From sequence record NZ_LC532224.1: 64,000 nt of DNA; one strand, written 5' to 3'. Shown here piece by piece: positions 43,159 to 52,651 of this stretch (positions are counted from its first letter, which is position 1; every line of letters starts with the position of its first letter). The position numbers were made by a program, and so were the translations under genes. The notes under the pieces are model-generated. The model had not been told where the DNA came from, made no database searches, and worked only from the letters and a program-made list of their open reading frames with translations. Source of the stretch: a plasmid.

Positions 43159-44574
43159 TCAGTTACGTGTGCCACGAATACTTTCAGTGAAAGCCTTCCG
43201 TTGCAGGCGACGGTTATCCCAGGTTGAAATGACGTCCGAGCTGGTACCGACCTGGCTGTGCGATAGCTCATAGGCGGCTTTAACCTGTTTTGAGAGATTG
43301 TCTGTTAATCGGTTGAGATCATCCCTTTTACCCGACAGCGACTCACTCGGTATGCTCATGGTTGAAATTTTGGCCTCAACCTGGCGCAACATGTTGATTA
43401 CGAGGCTCGTCGCAGCAATAGTGCTGATGTCCTGAATGTATGCGTACCCTTCCGGTGCTTCGAATGTTTGCAAAGAGTCGATAATGGTCGGGATGCCGAT
43501 ATAGGAGATAATGCGTAATTCATCATCTGAAACACGAACGTCGTTGATGATTTTTTTCTGTACGTTTAAAAGAAGATCAGAAATGGTATCCTTCAATCCC
43601 TTAAAACCACCGTCATTAACTTCTGACATGACAAGGCACTGAGCCTTTCGTGGGGATGATGGATCTGGTGCCGGAGAACACTTGAGCATTTTAATTGATC
43701 CGCCAGCTGGTGGCCCCATGATGTAATCCGTGACAGTCATGGTAGACGGGCGGACTTCCATTCCCGCTTTTTCGCCTTTGCTATCCCAGTTGATAATGAC
43801 AGTACCTACGAGAGACATAAGTTGTTCTGCCAGTTTATAACCGGATAACTCCGTTACCCCTCCGATGTTCATCGTTCCCTTATCAATATCCATGAACGAC
43901 ATATAGAAGAGGTTACCACTGAATTTTTCAGCGAACTCTTCGGGATCCTTTGCTTTAACCTGAGAAGTGACAGCTTCAGGTGACTTTGTCATCGATGAGC
44001 CAAAATCAGGAATAAGACCATTAATCGATCCCAGAATTGAGGCTGGTCCAGAGCTAACTGAGTTAGCGAACTGGCTTGGCGTACCCACGTTTTCAGAAAG
44101 GAAAGAGTAAGTTGCATTGCATGAATCTTTCGCAAATTTATTTAGCGCTTGCAGTTTGTTTTGGATGTCATTAATCGTTGCAGCACAGTCAGCACAAATA
44201 GCTGAAACAGCAACGTTAAAAGCATAGATAGCCGCACCCTGGGCAATACCACGGGCCACCTGCACAAGCTGGTCCCCGTTGATCATGCTGAAGGACCCAA
44301 GAAAAACGTCAATACCGTTACAACCGACAGAAGCTTTTGGAAACGACATGGAAACAAGGTTGGTATTAACGTTTGTTGTTCGGTAAGACATTGACCCGCC
44401 AACTATGCCTGTACGGGTTGCTGTGGAAAAGGTGGCCGGGCTGGTAGACGTCATCATGCCATTGAAAATGTTACGCATTGCGTTGTCTGCATTTGCAGTC
44501 GGGGCTAAAATTGCAGCACAAACAGAAAGAGACAAAAGTAACTTTTTGAAGTTGAAAACGGCATTACTGCGCAT
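43159..44574 (-). CDS. trhH: TraH-like pilus assembly protein (TrhH)
   Basis: Signal peptide, then a conserved TraH block ...SVGCNGIDVFLGSFSMINGDQLVQVARGIAQGAAIYAFNVA... The start is set at MRSNAVF... Confidence 0.8.
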   Translation of the reverse strand: MRSNAVFNFKKLLLSLSVCAAILAPTANADNAMRNIFNGMMTSTSPATFSTATRTGIVGGSMSYRTTNVNTNLVSMSFPKASVGCNGIDVFLGSFSMINGDQLVQVARGIAQGAAIYAFNVAVSAICADCAATINDIQNKLQALNKFAKDSCNATYSFLSENVGTPSQFANSVSSGPASILGSINGLIPDFGSSMTKSPEAVTSQVKAKDPEEFAEKFSGNLFYMSFMDIDKGTMNIGGVTELSGYKLAEQLMSLVGTVIINWDSKGEKAGMEVRPSTMTVTDYIMGPPAGGSIKMLKCSPAPDPSSPRKAQCLVMSEVNDGGFKGLKDTISDLLLNVQKKIINDVRVSDDELRIISYIGIPTIIDSLQTFEAPEGYAYIQDISTIAATSLVINMLRQVEAKISTMSIPSESLSGKRDDLNRLTDNLSKQVKAAYELSHSQVGTSSDVISTWDNRRLQRKAFTESIRGTRN

Positions 44575-45610
44575 AAGTGCCTCCAAAACTGCCGCCAGCA
44601 TTGAGATAATTGACCGGATCGGCCGTAGGCATGTCATAGCCTTCGAGTTTTTGGTCCATTATTTTTTGAAGTAGGAATGGGTCTGATTCCATTTCGGATT
44701 TATTAACGGTAATAACGCCATCATCGCCGATGGTATATTGCCTTTTAATATCTAGAGTTGACTGGAACGAAGCGTCATCGATCAGATTCATGCCCTTCGC
44801 GGCAAGTATAATAGTGTTCTTTAATTCATCAGCGGAGATCATGCCTTCACTAATGCGCTGAGCTGATGTCCCATCCTTTGAAACCAGGAAAATTGTAGGT
44901 ACCTCTCGAATTTTAAATTGATCAATAATTTGTGCGTTGGGGATGTTAAAATCCTGAAAAAGGCCATTATGCAATGGCCTTCCATCCATACTGATTGGAA
45001 GAATATCTACCGAATAATAGTTCTGCATAAATTGAAGTATTTGGCTTTCTTCGTGGCAAAACTGGCAAGTACTCTGGAAAAAGAAAAATAAACCTGACTT
45101 AGTAAAGATATCTTTCATTACCGTTTGCTGATTTTTTTCAACAACAGTGCGGTGAGCATCCAGTGCCACCTTTTCCACTGGTTGCCTGCGTTTTTCAGAC
45201 ATCATCGGGTTTTTAAGAAAATAATCTTTTGATTTGTCAGAAAAACGCGTACTGATATCCAGCATTAACCTTTGCGCCGTGTAATAACGTGATAGATTTT
45301 CTGCGGTAGGGTTATCCATTGCCTGCGTTAACAGTCGAGGCATATTCTCTTTTAGCCATTTTGAATTTAAATCTACCATTTCCTCTTTTGAAGGCGAGCT
45401 AGCAGCACCGGTTGGTGGCAAAACCTCTTCTTCTTCAGCTTCGCTTTTTTTAGCAGGATCGTCATACCAGAAGAAACCCTTCTTATAAGCCTGGCCAGAT
45501 ACAAAGGGCGTATCTTTTATTAGGGGTTGCTCAGGGCTGGCGTGGGCACCAGTAATTACCAAAGACATAAGCAAAACCATCTTTGAAGGCGCTAATGCAA
45601 TACGAGTCAT
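44564..45610 (-). CDS. trhF: TraF-like thioredoxin-fold pilus assembly protein with CXXC (TrhF)
   Basis: Signal peptide. C-terminal thioredoxin-like domain with CQFC. Position upstream of traH. Confidence 0.65.
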   Translation of the reverse strand: MTRIALAPSKMVLLMSLVITGAHASPEQPLIKDTPFVSGQAYKKGFFWYDDPAKKSEAEEEEVLPPTGAASSPSKEEMVDLNSKWLKENMPRLLTQAMDNPTAENLSRYYTAQRLMLDISTRFSDKSKDYFLKNPMMSEKRRQPVEKVALDAHRTVVEKNQQTVMKDIFTKSGLFFFFQSTCQFCHEESQILQFMQNYYSVDILPISMDGRPLHNGLFQDFNIPNAQIIDQFKIREVPTIFLVSKDGTSAQRISEGMISADELKNTIILAAKGMNLIDDASFQSTLDIKRQYTIGDDGVITVNKSEMESDPFLLQKIMDQKLEGYDMPTADPVNYLNAGGSFGGTYAQ

Positions 45611-46201
45611 AGACCGTTCTCCTTTTCTGATGCGGTTATGATGGCATACAAAAAAAAGGTTAGAGCTCGTATAGCATGGTCGTTTTTATGTTGAAAAGGA
45701 CGGAAAAGGAGTGCTGACTAAGAAGATAGTCTCGGTGATGGAAAGATCATCCATCTTGCACGTTGTCAAAAATCCGGTGTAACAAAAACATGGTTTTATC
45801 GAATATCTAAAAGCAAATATTGCTTTGAAAACAGGTGTATTTAGAGCTGAAAAAAATCATCACAAGTAATGCTGTTTCTATATTTCAAAAAAGGAATAGC
45901 TAAGGATCAAAGAAGCGAACTTAGACAAGAATATAAAATATATTAATTGAAAGCGATTAAGAAGTCGTCATGCATAGAAGGTTTTGAGAACCTAAGTAGT
46001 TTTACGTTTTCAACAGAAAAAAAGGTGCACATTTTTGGAACGAAGAAAAACTGAATAAAGAAAAATCAAATTATATCTTTACTTGTCAAGAGTTGATATT
46101 TAAGTTGTAACTAATATTTGATTGTAAAGCAAACAACAGAATTTGACTTAAGTCAATATTTAGATTCAGACAAGGCAAGTTTCGCGATATCTTTTTTAAA
46201 T

Positions 46202-46714
46202 TTAATCTAATTCTTCTTGAGAATACCTCTCTATGGCTGAAGCAGTTGAAGATAATCTGCAACGTGGACAGTGAGCATCATTTGTCACTGGCACAATGTA
46301 TGGGCGTTTACATTTTTCGCAGGCACCTAGTTCTTCAATTTCTTTCATAGAAGTAAGGATTTCTATTATTTTATTAACTTCCGGTGCGCATACAAAGTAT
46401 CCCAGATTATGAAGGACACTCATTATTCGGTTGAAGTCAATTTGCCGAAAACTCGCTTCCGGATTTATTGGATCAAAACCAAAATAGTTAACTGCGACAT
46501 CAATAACAGCAGAAAAGGCTCGGCGGTTATCTGTGCGTTTGCTCCAGCCCCGGATACCTTTTTTGAGTTTTGTTTTTGCACCAGGCTCAAAATCGATATT
46601 TTCAGCAACATGATTACCGTACAAAATTCGTATTGTATTTTTATTTGCCCCAAGCGACATAGTTCTTGCTGCTCGCAATAGAGCATTAGCTTTTGTTTGA
46701 TCGACCTTTGCCAT
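46202..46714 (-). CDS. hypothetical protein with C-terminal zinc-ribbon (CxxC...CxxC). This may be a regulator of the trhF operon (TrhY-position).
   Basis: 170-aa ORF with CEKCKRP...CPRCR. It immediately follows the 266-aa ORF and sits upstream of the AT-rich trhF promoter region. Confidence 0.45.
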   Translation of the reverse strand: MAKVDQTKANALLRAARTMSLGANKNTIRILYGNHVAENIDFEPGAKTKLKKGIRGWSKRTDNRRAFSAVIDVAVNYFGFDPINPEASFRQIDFNRIMSVLHNLGYFVCAPEVNKIIEILTSMKEIEELGACEKCKRPYIVPVTNDAHCPRCRLSSTASAIERYSQEELD

Positions 46715-46715
46715 A

Positions 46716-47516
46716 TCAATAATCCTTTAACATAACTTTATTTGTTAAAGTGTTGAACACATCCTGACGGTGACTGGTGAACATAGTGTCATAACGTAAT
46801 AGTTCCATCAAATCATCACTAACTTTTCCTAACCGGATGTCAGCAGACAATTCATAAGCCCAGGCAAAAACTTTCGTTTTAAGTGAAACACTCTCTTCAA
46901 TATGCCCTTGTGAGAAAGCAATTGTACGTGGGAAAAGAACGACATCGTTAATTGTTTTTAACGATGAATAACCAATGTCTTTAATAGCATCAGCTGTAGT
47001 TGGTTTTAAACCAAAGAAAATACTTACAAACTCTGGTGCGAGCATTGAGATAAAGAACACCTGCATAAAGTAGTCATTCTGTATATCAACACATTTAGAA
47101 CGCAACTCATGAATCTTCTTGGGATTATAGATATCCACTGTACCATTCAGAAAAGTCACTTTTTCACCGGCATCGTAAATACCATAGTCAATATCATTTG
47201 TATCATATTCACGAATTACATTGGAATCACCGTCCAAGACCGCAGAAAAAAACCTCTCCCATGTAATTTCCTTTCCGAGTGTACGCGGAACCAAAAAACT
47301 ACCTGGACGTGTTTCCACTTCAAAAGCTAAATCAGCGGCTGTACTAAATCCTTTCCCAAATAGGCGACGCTGGAGAAGAGGAGTCCCAGTTTGATATGCA
47401 GAAGATCCATGCACAGGCAATAACATTAAAAATGCACGGTAACTACGAATAAGCGAAATCTCAGTGCGGAAAAGTTTACCGAGTAAGCTACGAGTTAAAT
47501 TATCAGATTCTGACAT
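46716..47516 (-). CDS. hypothetical protein. This may be a transfer regulator (TrhR-position).
   Basis: 266-aa ORF divergent from the relaxase operon across the oriT-like region. Confidence 0.45.
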   Translation of the reverse strand: MSESDNLTRSLLGKLFRTEISLIRSYRAFLMLLPVHGSSAYQTGTPLLQRRLFGKGFSTAADLAFEVETRPGSFLVPRTLGKEITWERFFSAVLDGDSNVIREYDTNDIDYGIYDAGEKVTFLNGTVDIYNPKKIHELRSKCVDIQNDYFMQVFFISMLAPEFVSIFFGLKPTTADAIKDIGYSSLKTINDVVLFPRTIAFSQGHIEESVSLKTKVFAWAYELSADIRLGKVSDDLMELLRYDTMFTSHRQDVFNTLTNKVMLKDY

Positions 47517-47844
47517 GTGCTGATTGTCCTTGCGCCATTACAATTGTTCAAATCTTCAACATGGATTTTTTGTTAGGTGTTCGGTAGGGTGAAAAGTAAC
47601 TTTTAGTATTTTCTTAAGGCTTGAATAAGCCTTAAATCTATCCCTTCAACCACACCGCTTACTTGTAACACTTTTTAACCAAACTAACCAGAATTTTATC
47701 AAAAATTCCTGCGCATGCTAACGAAATGTGAAGCGATTAAAAAAAAACCTAAATCCAGCCCCTCCCAACGTTGGATTAGAATAACGACGTCTTTCACTGA
47801 CCGTCATAAACTGACATTTTTACTTTTCATCAACCTCATGCTTA

Positions 47845-48008
47845 CATAGGATCACTAAACAAAGAAAAGTGACCCTATGAATGCCTCACATAGGGTCACT
47901 TATGTTTGAAAAGTGACCCTATGTAATGTCGTCATAGGGTCACTTTTTATAAAAGTGTCACTATGGACAAAGTTCCATAGGGTCATTTTTTTTGGAAAAG
48001 TGGCACTA
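47845..48008. promoter_or_regulatory. candidate oriT / iterated operator: three tandem units of about 43 bp, each an inverted repeat GTGACCCTATG-N9-CATAGGGTCAC
   Basis: IR1 47869-47899, IR2 47913-47943, degenerate IR3 47955-47986. Extra half-sites at 47845-47855 and 47999-48008. Located between divergent transfer operons, upstream of the relaxase operon. Confidence 0.55.
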
Positions 48009-48275
48009 GATATATGTATAACTTTAATAGAGCAATGCACATTATCAAAAGCAATAATCCACAATGGTCATTCTGTCAAAAGTAACTTTAGGGGGTAGCG
48101 ATGGAAGTGAGGCTAAACTCGCTGTTACTGTTTCTGAAGGCCCCTCCCGAATGGGGGAAACAGCGAGTGCATTACATCTGTTCAATTCCCTCATCAAAGA
48201 GCATTCAAAAATCTTCTGTTCGTGAAAAAAAACGGAAATTTCCTCCGGTATAGTAATTTCACATCAGGAGGCGTC

Positions 48276-48761
48276 ATGAGTAATTCAAATCTTATAAGTT
48301 CTATAGAGCTAACACGTAAAAATTTACGTGCTCAGATTGAAGGTTTGCGTGTTGAGGCTGAAGATCTCATTACAAAATACTGGATCAAGTGGAAGGAACG
48401 AAACCACCAAGAGATTAACCTTACCCGACATAGCAAAGTTCCAAAGAGGGAGTACCTGGGTTCTTACGCACCAAAAGTTGAGCTAATTGGTAATGCCAGA
48501 AAAGTAACGATCACTTGGCATCAGTTCAGCCCTTATAAAACAAGAGCGCCTAGCCACATGTCAAAACGGGTGCAACCAATGAAAAGTGGAAAATATTCTA
48601 AGAACTGTTTTGTAAACCATGCCAGCTGGGAATACGAAATGATTTCTGAAACGGAAGCATTGCTGGAGCCTTACAGAGAAATGCTTGAGCTCTATCATTC
48701 AGCATATATCGAACTTGGACGAAAAATCCGTCAATACTCAAAAACTAAGGTGGCACAATGA
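48276..48761 (+). CDS. small protein, first gene of relaxase operon (putative relaxosome accessory, TraH-position of H-type Tra1)
   Basis: ATG at 48276 preceded by AGGAGG. The track ORF starts earlier at 48222. Coiled-coil-like N-terminus. Confidence 0.45.
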   Translation: MSNSNLISSIELTRKNLRAQIEGLRVEAEDLITKYWIKWKERNHQEINLTRHSKVPKREYLGSYAPKVELIGNARKVTITWHQFSPYKTRAPSHMSKRVQPMKSGKYSKNCFVNHASWEYEMISETEALLEPYREMLELYHSAYIELGRKIRQYSKTKVAQ

Positions 48762-49495
48762 ACGACGCAATTATCACGGACAATGAGCGTATTAACATTG
48801 AACCAAAAGATGTAATGGTAAAAGGTTCAAATAAAAAGCAAGGCGTAAACGCTCAAACTTCTACTCAACGTAGACCAGAGCACCAGGGTATGGCCAAAGT
48901 TATTATTAACCCCGGCACCCCAGACTTTAACCGGTTTTTAACTGCCAGAAATGGAGCAGTCATCAGAGGTTTTGATGATGTGAGTATCGCTATTTCCTCT
49001 CTCTTTAAAACGGTTGATGCAGTTAAACATCCTGACCTTGTTCAGGCTATTCAGGATTGGTTCAACGAGCTGCATGAAGAAAACAATAAGATGAAAGAAA
49101 ATCTTGTTGCTTATATTAAGTCAATTGAGTTCGACAAGAATGACTCATTCATGTCATCAACTCAGTTTGTACCTTTCAGTTTTGAACCAGTACAACTCAA
49201 CTTCAATAACCACAACACCATGAGGTTTTACAAGTACATCTTCGAGATGAACCAGCTCATGAACACAATGTATGAGTACAACTCATTGGGTTTACTGGCT
49301 GTAAGCGACTATCCGGTTATGTCTCACAACATTATAAAGAGTATTAATTTATATGTTGAGAATGTGAAAAAGACTCTGAATGTTTCTCGCCGTAAGGATG
49401 GGCCATACAGTCCAGCAGAGTTCATCACCAAAGTAATGCAATATAAAAGTGTGCAGGCATACATTGCAGCCGAACTGTCAGGCAAACGTCGATAA
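48758..49495 (+). CDS. hypothetical protein (putative relaxosome accessory / MobI-like position)
   Basis: 245-aa ORF, translationally coupled (ATGA overlap) with the upstream gene and followed 4 bp later by the relaxase. Confidence 0.45.
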   Translation: MNDAIITDNERINIEPKDVMVKGSNKKQGVNAQTSTQRRPEHQGMAKVIINPGTPDFNRFLTARNGAVIRGFDDVSIAISSLFKTVDAVKHPDLVQAIQDWFNELHEENNKMKENLVAYIKSIEFDKNDSFMSSTQFVPFSFEPVQLNFNNHNTMRFYKYIFEMNQLMNTMYEYNSLGLLAVSDYPVMSHNIIKSINLYVENVKKTLNVSRRKDGPYSPAEFITKVMQYKSVQAYIAAELSGKRR

Positions 49496-49498
49496 GGT

Positions 49499-52400
49499 AT
49501 GATGATGAATTTCAGGGCGCTGTATTTATGTATTAAACGGATTTTGGGGATATTCTCATCTCAGGAGAATGATGCAACCTCTGTAATGATTGAGGATATA
49601 TCAAGCCTCTCTCCTTTTGCGCAGATTCTAGGAGATCAGAAGTACACTGTTCCTGATCATCCAAATCCAGAAGTCCTGAAATTCATCGAGTATCCAACTC
49701 GTCCGACGGGCATACAGACATTTAATGAACAGTCAATCCTGTCTCTGTATCGGGAAAAGCTGCACTCAATTTCAATGATGTTAGCTATCAGCGATAGCGA
49801 CATCAGGGACGATGCATATACATTTACTAATTTAGTTTTAAAGCCCTTGGTTGAATATGTTCGCTGGATACATCTTTTGCCAGCTTCCGAAAATCATCAT
49901 CATAATGGTATTGGTGGGTTACTTTCTCACAGCCTGGAAGTGGCCATACTCTCTTTAAAAAATGCGCATCACTCAGAACTGAGACCAATCGGATATCAAG
50001 ATGAAGAAGTAGTCCGTAGAAAAGTATATCTCTATGCTGCGTTTATCTGTGGTTTAGTCCATGATGCCGGAAAGGTTTACGATCTCGACATTGTAAGCCT
50101 GAATTTAGCTAGTCCGATCATTTGGACGCCAAGCTCACAAAGTCTTCTTGACTGGGCACGTGAAAATGACGTGGTTGAATACGAAATCCACTGGCGAAAG
50201 CGTATTCATAATCAACATAATATCTGGTCCAGCGTTTTCCTTGAGCGAATCCTAAACCCGGTATGTCTTGCATTTTTGGATCGGGTAAATAAAGAACGTG
50301 TTTATTCAAAAATGATCACCGCCCTAAACGTTTATACTGATGGGAATGACTTTTTGTCTAAATGCGTGAGGACCGCTGATTTCTATTCTACTGGTACAGA
50401 CCTTAATGTTTTACGTGACCCTATCATGGGTCTGCGTTCTAATGATGCAGCAGCAAGGGCCATTAGTACCATCAAGCACAACTTTACCAGTATCAATATC
50501 AACAATTACAATGCTAAGCCTATGCACATCATTATCGTAAATGGTGAGGTATACCTTAACGAGAACGCATTCCTTGATTTTGTTCTCAATGATTTCGAAT
50601 TACATAAATATAACTTCCCTCAGGGAGAGGCTGGTAAGACCGTATTGGTAGAATCCCTAGTTCAACGTGGTTACGTCGAGCCCTATGATGATGAGCGTGT
50701 CGTTCACTACTTCATTCCGGGTATCTATTCGGAAAACGAAATATCAAACATCTTTAGAAATGGGATAGGGAAACTAGAATTCTATAACCTTCTTAAGCTA
50801 AGGTGGATTGGTTTAATCTTTGATTCCTATAAAATCCCTGACTCAGTGCCGGGTCTTTTTAGCGTTAATGCCAATAAAGACTTTATTTACATTGACGAGC
50901 AAAAAACAGTTACTGAATACAGAAGACCAGTGCCCGGTCGGGACGTTATAACTAAAATTACTGATACTGTTGAGACGGCTGTTCTTAAGGTTAATGATTT
51001 AGGCCGCTCCTCTGCCTCTATTGATGTTGATATACATTCTAAGAAAAATGAAGGCTCATCCGACGATTTTGAGAAGAAAGCCGAAAGTGATAATGAAATT
51101 GATAATGACACGCAGATAGTTAAATCTGAGGGTGAGGAAGCAGCTGATCCTGTCATTCCTGATATAGAAGAAAGTGAAGATGAATCGGCAAAGGACACGG
51201 AATCCCATGTCCTGGTCAACCAACTTCATGAACTCCTTTTAAGCGCTCCACTTTCCAATGACTATATAGTGTGTGTTGATGCTGTCCCCTACCTCAACAT
51301 AGATACCACTATGGCATTGCTGCCGGGATTAGATGAAAAAGCATTCAGTGAAGAGCCCTATTTCCAACTGACATTCAGAGAAGGCTCTCTCGATGGAATG
51401 TGGATAGTAAGGGACATTGACGATCTGCGTTTAGTCCAGCTCGGCGATAACTGCGCCGGGTTCCAGCTCACCTATCATGAGCCAAGAAGGCCAACAACTT
51501 TAAAGTCACTTTTCAATACTTCTATGTATCAGGCATTAGTGATTAATGATGAGTCTTCTGTTGAAAACTCTGCCCCACGTCCAAAGCAAACGCTTGAGCT
51601 GCCTCCCCCACGTGTAAATGCAGTCGAAGAACATTCTGGCGACGTGGAATATCATGGAACCGATAGTGCATCCGCGACTGGTCCGCTGAAAACTGAGGCT
51701 GTGGAATATGAACATTATCAACATCTTTTTGAGAAAGAAGATGAAGAGCATGAGATCATTGATTATACCGATTTCTCACAGCTTAGTGTTTCTCGGCCAG
51801 AAGTCGGTAGTTGTGCAACAAGCTCTTCGGTCCATAATGAAAAGCTTCTCTCCGAGCCGTCAGAATTACCAGAACTTAACCGAGAACAGAACGCTGATCC
51901 CCAGGGTACGAATGAACGCTCTATGGATGTTTCTGTAGGACAAGAAAACTCAGAACCAGATACTGAGGGTAACTGCCCACCACCAGCTGAAGTTGTGTAT
52001 TCCCAGACCGAAGCAGCCGCAACCAGTGTGATGGCAAGTGAAGAGCCCGCCTTACCTCCTGTACTTGAAGAATCAAATGGAGAGCATGCGCCCACAGACG
52101 CTAAGGGGCATCATCTTTCGCCAGCACTGGCCAGACTGTTCGCCCCAACAGCACCGGTAGAAAAACAAAATCCCAAGCGCAACCGGAATAAATCATCGGA
52201 CAAAGCAGAAGTACAAAAACCAGCATCACCTGTTTCTGGTCACAATCTGAACAGTAAAGTCTTTGCATCTACTGAATCAGACCAAAATGGTGAATTCTCG
52301 CTTATAAGCGAAGGTGACGTTACAGAGCTTGAATTTGTAGAAATTGCGTTAGTACTGCATCAAATTCTGTCCAAAATGGAGGTGGCGTTTAAAAGAAAGC

Positions 52401-52651
52401 GCAAAAACAGATTTATGGTAAGTACTCCTAATACTCTCTATCTGACCCAATCTTGCGTGGAAAAATTTGGGTCGCAGTTAGAGGCTCAAGATCTTTTCAA
52501 TAAGCTTCCTCAGTACCTCGTTAATTCTGGTGCTGTGATCAATACAAAATGCCATGCATTTAACATGCCTACTTTGCTGGCCGCATCAGACCGGGCGAAA
52601 GTGGACATTGAACGAATTATCAATAACCTGAAAGAGGCTGGGAACCTATAA
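49499..52651 (+). CDS. traI: MOB_H-family conjugative relaxase with HD-hydrolase motif (TraI of IncHI/SXT type)
   Basis: HD-domain signature ...LLSHSLEVAILSL...GLVHDAGKVYDLDIV... A long acidic low-complexity C-terminal region. Immediately upstream of the coupling protein gene. Confidence 0.7.
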   Translation: MMMNFRALYLCIKRILGIFSSQENDATSVMIEDISSLSPFAQILGDQKYTVPDHPNPEVLKFIEYPTRPTGIQTFNEQSILSLYREKLHSISMMLAISDSDIRDDAYTFTNLVLKPLVEYVRWIHLLPASENHHHNGIGGLLSHSLEVAILSLKNAHHSELRPIGYQDEEVVRRKVYLYAAFICGLVHDAGKVYDLDIVSLNLASPIIWTPSSQSLLDWARENDVVEYEIHWRKRIHNQHNIWSSVFLERILNPVCLAFLDRVNKERVYSKMITALNVYTDGNDFLSKCVRTADFYSTGTDLNVLRDPIMGLRSNDAAARAISTIKHNFTSININNYNAKPMHIIIVNGEVYLNENAFLDFVLNDFELHKYNFPQGEAGKTVLVESLVQRGYVEPYDDERVVHYFIPGIYSENEISNIFRNGIGKLEFYNLLKLRWIGLIFDSYKIPDSVPGLFSVNANKDFIYIDEQKTVTEYRRPVPGRDVITKITDTVETAVLKVNDLGRSSASIDVDIHSKKNEGSSDDFEKKAESDNEIDNDTQIVKSEGEEAADPVIPDIEESEDESAKDTESHVLVNQLHELLLSAPLSNDYIVCVDAVPYLNIDTTMALLPGLDEKAFSEEPYFQLTFREGSLDGMWIVRDIDDLRLVQLGDNCAGFQLTYHEPRRPTTLKSLFNTSMYQALVINDESSVENSAPRPKQTLELPPPRVNAVEEHSGDVEYHGTDSASATGPLKTEAVEYEHYQHLFEKEDEEHEIIDYTDFSQLSVSRPEVGSCATSSSVHNEKLLSEPSELPELNREQNADPQGTNERSMDVSVGQENSEPDTEGNCPPPAEVVYSQTEAAATSVMASEEPALPPVLEESNGEHAPTDAKGHHLSPALARLFAPTAPVEKQNPKRNRNKSSDKAEVQKPASPVSGHNLNSKVFASTESDQNGEFSLISEGDVTELEFVEIALVLHQILSKMEVAFKRKRKNRFMVSTPNTLYLTQSCVEKFGSQLEAQDLFNKLPQYLVNSGAVINTKCHAFNMPTLLAASDRAKVDIERIINNLKEAGNL

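Noticed and set aside
47869-47986. Possible CRISPR-like array because of regularly spaced palindromic repeats
   Set aside because: There are only three units and the spacers are only 9-10 bp with no unique spacer content. The units are inverted-repeat operators rather than repeat-spacer architecture, and there are no cas genes.
50887-52095. Minus-strand ORFs 50887..51219 and 51763..52095 within the relaxase gene
   Set aside because: They are antisense in the acidic, low-complexity C-terminal region of traI. That region is also not a tandem DNA repeat.
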